DNA from: an uncultured SAR86 cluster bacterium
GTDB taxonomy: Bacteria > Pseudomonadota > Gammaproteobacteria > Magnimaribacterales > D2472
Assembly (NCBI GenBank): GCA_902599315.1
Contig: CACKEY010000001.1
Coordinates: forward strand, 4,625-68,624
Length of the DNA stretch: 64,000 bases
Direction of reading: 5' to 3'
A program made the translations under genes and the position numbers. Under the pieces are notes generated by a model. That model was not told the origin of the DNA. It searched no databases and worked only from the letters and a program-made list of their open reading frames with translations. This document shows, in pieces, positions 61,600-64,000 of this stretch (positions within the stretch are counted from its first letter, which is position 1; each line of letters starts with the position of its first letter).

Positions 61600-61845
61600 A
61601 TGATAGTTACCATTGACATAAGCATGTATCCAAACAGAGAAGATTTTATTCCGCCTATCAAAGGTTTTATAAAAAAAATTAATAATTACGAGGACCTTAA
61701 AGTCGTCACATATCCAACTAGCACAGTTGTTCAAGGAGAATACATTTATGCCATGAATGCTGTTCAGGAAACAATTGCATTTTGTTATCAAGAATACGAT
61801 ATGGCTGTTTATGTGGCTAAAATAATTCCAGGCTACGAAGCCTAA
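61600..61845 (+). CDS. Single-domain YkoF-like (thiamine/HMP-binding, ACT-like) protein
   Basis: 81 aa. IDISMYPNREDFIPPIKGFI...TSTVVQGEY..AMNAV resembles one repeat of B. subtilis YkoF (FSLYPMTDDFISVIKSAL...ISTVLRGS...VFDAA, from memory). It is divergent from the thiamine operon. Confidence 0.55.
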   Translation: MIVTIDISMYPNREDFIPPIKGFIKKINNYEDLKVVTYPTSTVVQGEYIYAMNAVQETIAFCYQEYDMAVYVAKIIPGYEA

Positions 61846-61865
61846 GTCTTAATATATAAAGGTCG

Positions 61866-63179
61866 CTAGCTATCGTTTAAGTTGGTCTTATATGTTTCAG
61901 TTAAGGCCATGACTGATAGTAAAGTAAGCAAAGATGCAAAAGATATATAGACAGATACCCAAAAAATACCGAAGTTATTCCATAAAAATGCAGCAATGGT
62001 TGGTGCAAATGCCCCTCCAAGTATTGCTCCAAATTGATAGCCAAGTGTTGCTCCCGAATATCTAACTTCAGTTGTAAATAATTCTGTAAAAAATGCTGCC
62101 TGAGGGCCATACATCATTCCGACAAAGATCAGTCCAAATGTTATAGCCAAAACTATGAGGTAAAAATTGCCAGTATCTACAAGAGGAAATATTGCGTAAG
62201 CCCATAATCCAGTCAGTATTGCTCCAGCCATAAATATTCCCTTTCTTCCATACCTATCTGAGATGGAAGAAAACATAAATTGACTTGGAACCATTATTGC
62301 GGAGGCAATCAACACCGCCGCTAACATAGCATCCCTTGATATTTCAGCACTGGAAACACCATATGCAAGAAGAAAGGCTATCAGAATATAAAAAGTGACT
62401 TGGATTGAAAGAAAAGCTCCAGCTGCCAAAGCGATCCTATTTGGATATTTTCTAATTGCTTCAAGAATTGGCGATTGTTGAATTTGATTTTCTTTTGTCT
62501 CATTAATTTGTCTTTTTTGCTGAAGTTCTTGAAAAGCTTTGGTGTCTTCAAGATTTAATTGGATATACATACTAATGCCAATCAAAATAGCACTTGCAAG
62601 AAATGGAATTCTCCATCCCCATGAATAAAAAGATTCTTCAGAAACTAGTGAACTTGTAATGATGAATGCAAGATTTGCAAGAATAACTCCTATTGGAGCG
62701 CCTGCTTGAGCAAAAGCTCCGTAATAACCTCTTTTATCTGATGGAGCGCTCTCAGTAACCAACAACATTGCCCCTCCCCATTGTCCGCCAATTGCAAGTC
62801 CTTGAACAAAACGCAGAGAGGTCAGAAGAATTGGTGCGGTAACTCCAATCATTGCGTAGGTTGGTAAAAGCCCAATAAGGGTAGAAGAGACCCCCATAAG
62901 TATTAATGCTATTACTAAGGTTTTTTTTCTTCCTATTCTATCGCCATAATGGCCAAAAATAATGCCTCCAATTGGCCTTGCAATGAAGCCAGCTGCAAAA
63001 GTCAAAAGAGACAAAATTAAAGCCGTGGAAGGAGTAGCTTCACCAAAAAATGCTGTCGGAAATATTAAAGCGGCGGCGGCACCATATAGAAAAAAGTCAT
63101 ACCATTCAATACTAGTTCCAGCCAATGCAGTTAGAGCAACTTTCTGCATGTTTGATTCTGAATTATCTAATGAGCGCAT
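61866..63179 (-). CDS. MFS transporter, metabolite:H+ symporter (MHS) family
   Basis: 437 aa with 12 TM helices and the GHYGDRIGRKK loop motif typical of ProP/KgtP/ShiA-type carriers. Confidence 0.85.
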   Translation of the reverse strand: MRSLDNSESNMQKVALTALAGTSIEWYDFFLYGAAAALIFPTAFFGEATPSTALILSLLTFAAGFIARPIGGIIFGHYGDRIGRKKTLVIALILMGVSSTLIGLLPTYAMIGVTAPILLTSLRFVQGLAIGGQWGGAMLLVTESAPSDKRGYYGAFAQAGAPIGVILANLAFIITSSLVSEESFYSWGWRIPFLASAILIGISMYIQLNLEDTKAFQELQQKRQINETKENQIQQSPILEAIRKYPNRIALAAGAFLSIQVTFYILIAFLLAYGVSSAEISRDAMLAAVLIASAIMVPSQFMFSSISDRYGRKGIFMAGAILTGLWAYAIFPLVDTGNFYLIVLAITFGLIFVGMMYGPQAAFFTELFTTEVRYSGATLGYQFGAILGGAFAPTIAAFLWNNFGIFWVSVYISFASLLTLLSVMALTETYKTNLNDS

Positions 63180-63270
63180 GGGCTCAAGATACGTTAAATA
63201 TATTAAAAAGTAAAAATTAAGTTCACTAATAAATTTTATGAGATATAGCTAAGTCTTATATACTAAAAAA

Positions 63271-64000
63271 ATGAAAAATATTAGTAATTCATTGTTATTC
63301 ATTTTTGGACTGATGGTATTAATTGTTGCTTGTAGTAAAAAAGAGATTATCACTCCAGTATCTAAAGAAATTATTCATTTTGATGAATACCATGGGCAAA
63401 AAGTAAGTGATCCCTACAGGTGGCTTGAAAATTTTACAGATGATGAAGTGAAAGAATGGGTAGGATTGCAAAATAACTACTCACAACAGTTTTTAAAAAA
63501 CAGATTCCAAAAAAGTATTAAACAGGATCTTGAATTAATCTGGACTAGTGAATATTTAAGCACTCCATTTAAGATGGGTGAGAAAATTTTTTATTATTTT
63601 AACACTGGGAAATTAGAGCAAAACAGACTGATGATAAGAGACTGTGAATCCTGTCCTGAAAGAATTCTTATTGACCCTAATGATTTTTCAAATGATGGAA
63701 CTGTTTCTCTAGCATCAATAAGTGTTAGTCCAAATGCTGAATGGATCGCATTCGCAAAATCAGACGGGGGTTCGGACTGGCGAACATGGAAAATTATGAA
63801 TATTGCCTCTGGTGAGATACTTGATGATGAAATCGAATGGTCTAAATTTTCCAGTGCTGAATGGTCTCCGGATTCCAAAGGATTTTTTTACAGGAAATAT
63901 CTTAAGCCAGACGGAGAAGAGTTATTAGATTTAAATAGCAGTCCAAAACTAATGTTTCACTCTATTGGTACAGATCAAATAAACGATCAAATTATAATTT
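63271..64000 (+). CDS. Prolyl oligopeptidase family (S9A) lipoprotein, N-terminal part; continues beyond the window
   Basis: Absent from the ORF track because there is no stop. The ATG at 63271 gives MKNISNSLLFIFGLMVLIVAC (lipobox). DPYRWLE...WV..QN and ISVSPN..WIAFAKSDGGSDW are typical of the POP beta-propeller N-terminal region. Confidence 0.85.
   Translation, partial: MKNISNSLLFIFGLMVLIVACSKKEIITPVSKEIIHFDEYHGQKVSDPYRWLENFTDDEVKEWVGLQNNYSQQFLKNRFQKSIKQDLELIWTSEYLSTPFKMGEKIFYYFNTGKLEQNRLMIRDCESCPERILIDPNDFSNDGTVSLASISVSPNAEWIAFAKSDGGSDWRTWKIMNIASGEILDDEIEWSKFSSAEWSPDSKGFFYRKYLKPDGEELLDLNSSPKLMFHSIGTDQINDQIII

Noticed and set aside
61597-61791. 64-aa minus-strand ORF
   Set aside because: It mirrors the plus-strand 81-aa YkoF-like frame, which has recognisable family similarity.
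63594-63878. 94-aa minus-strand ORF
   Set aside because: It is antisense within the prolyl oligopeptidase N-terminal region, which has clear family motifs on the plus strand.

Overview
This is an AT-rich, very gene-dense chromosomal window with about 62 protein genes, one tRNA-Ala, one clear TPP riboswitch and one Fur box. I saw no rRNA, CRISPR array, transposase, integrase or phage genes, and nothing resembling a defence island. The core synteny is gammaproteobacterial: nDsbD-aroQ-accB-accC, leuS-(x)-lptE-holA, rsfS-rlmH-mrdA-rodA-mltB-dacA, parE-parC, tolC, mutM, coaD, katG/oxyR, mpl, argD, tesB and aroK. The low GC, overlapping gene ends, two TonB-dependent receptors and vitamin-scavenging genes suggest a streamlined marine gammaproteobacterium of the SAR86-like kind; this is inference only. 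All homology calls come from motifs I recognise by eye or memory, and no searches were run. The accessory content is as follows.
- A riboswitch-gated thiamine uptake operon (TBDR, PnuC-family, ThiK-like) with a divergent YkoF-like gene.
- A Fur-regulated TBDR followed by an unclassified structured RNA with mutually exclusive helices.
- An orphan cobS-cobT AAA+/vWA pair followed by an overlapping module of di-iron oxygenase, secreted beta-helix protein and dihaem cytochrome c.
- A glycoside locus with a Gfo/Idh/MocA-aldo/keto-reductase fusion.
- A TauE / LLM oxidoreductase / SnoaL / ABM cluster.
- A translationally coupled operon of BI-1-like protein, micro-membrane protein and type II PanK-like protein.
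- A DsbD gene reduced to its periplasmic N-domain.
- An unknown gene wedged into leuS-lptE.
The best candidates for something undescribed are the 45-51 kb five-gene array and the 54.3-54.5 kb RNA element. Both need database and experimental checks.
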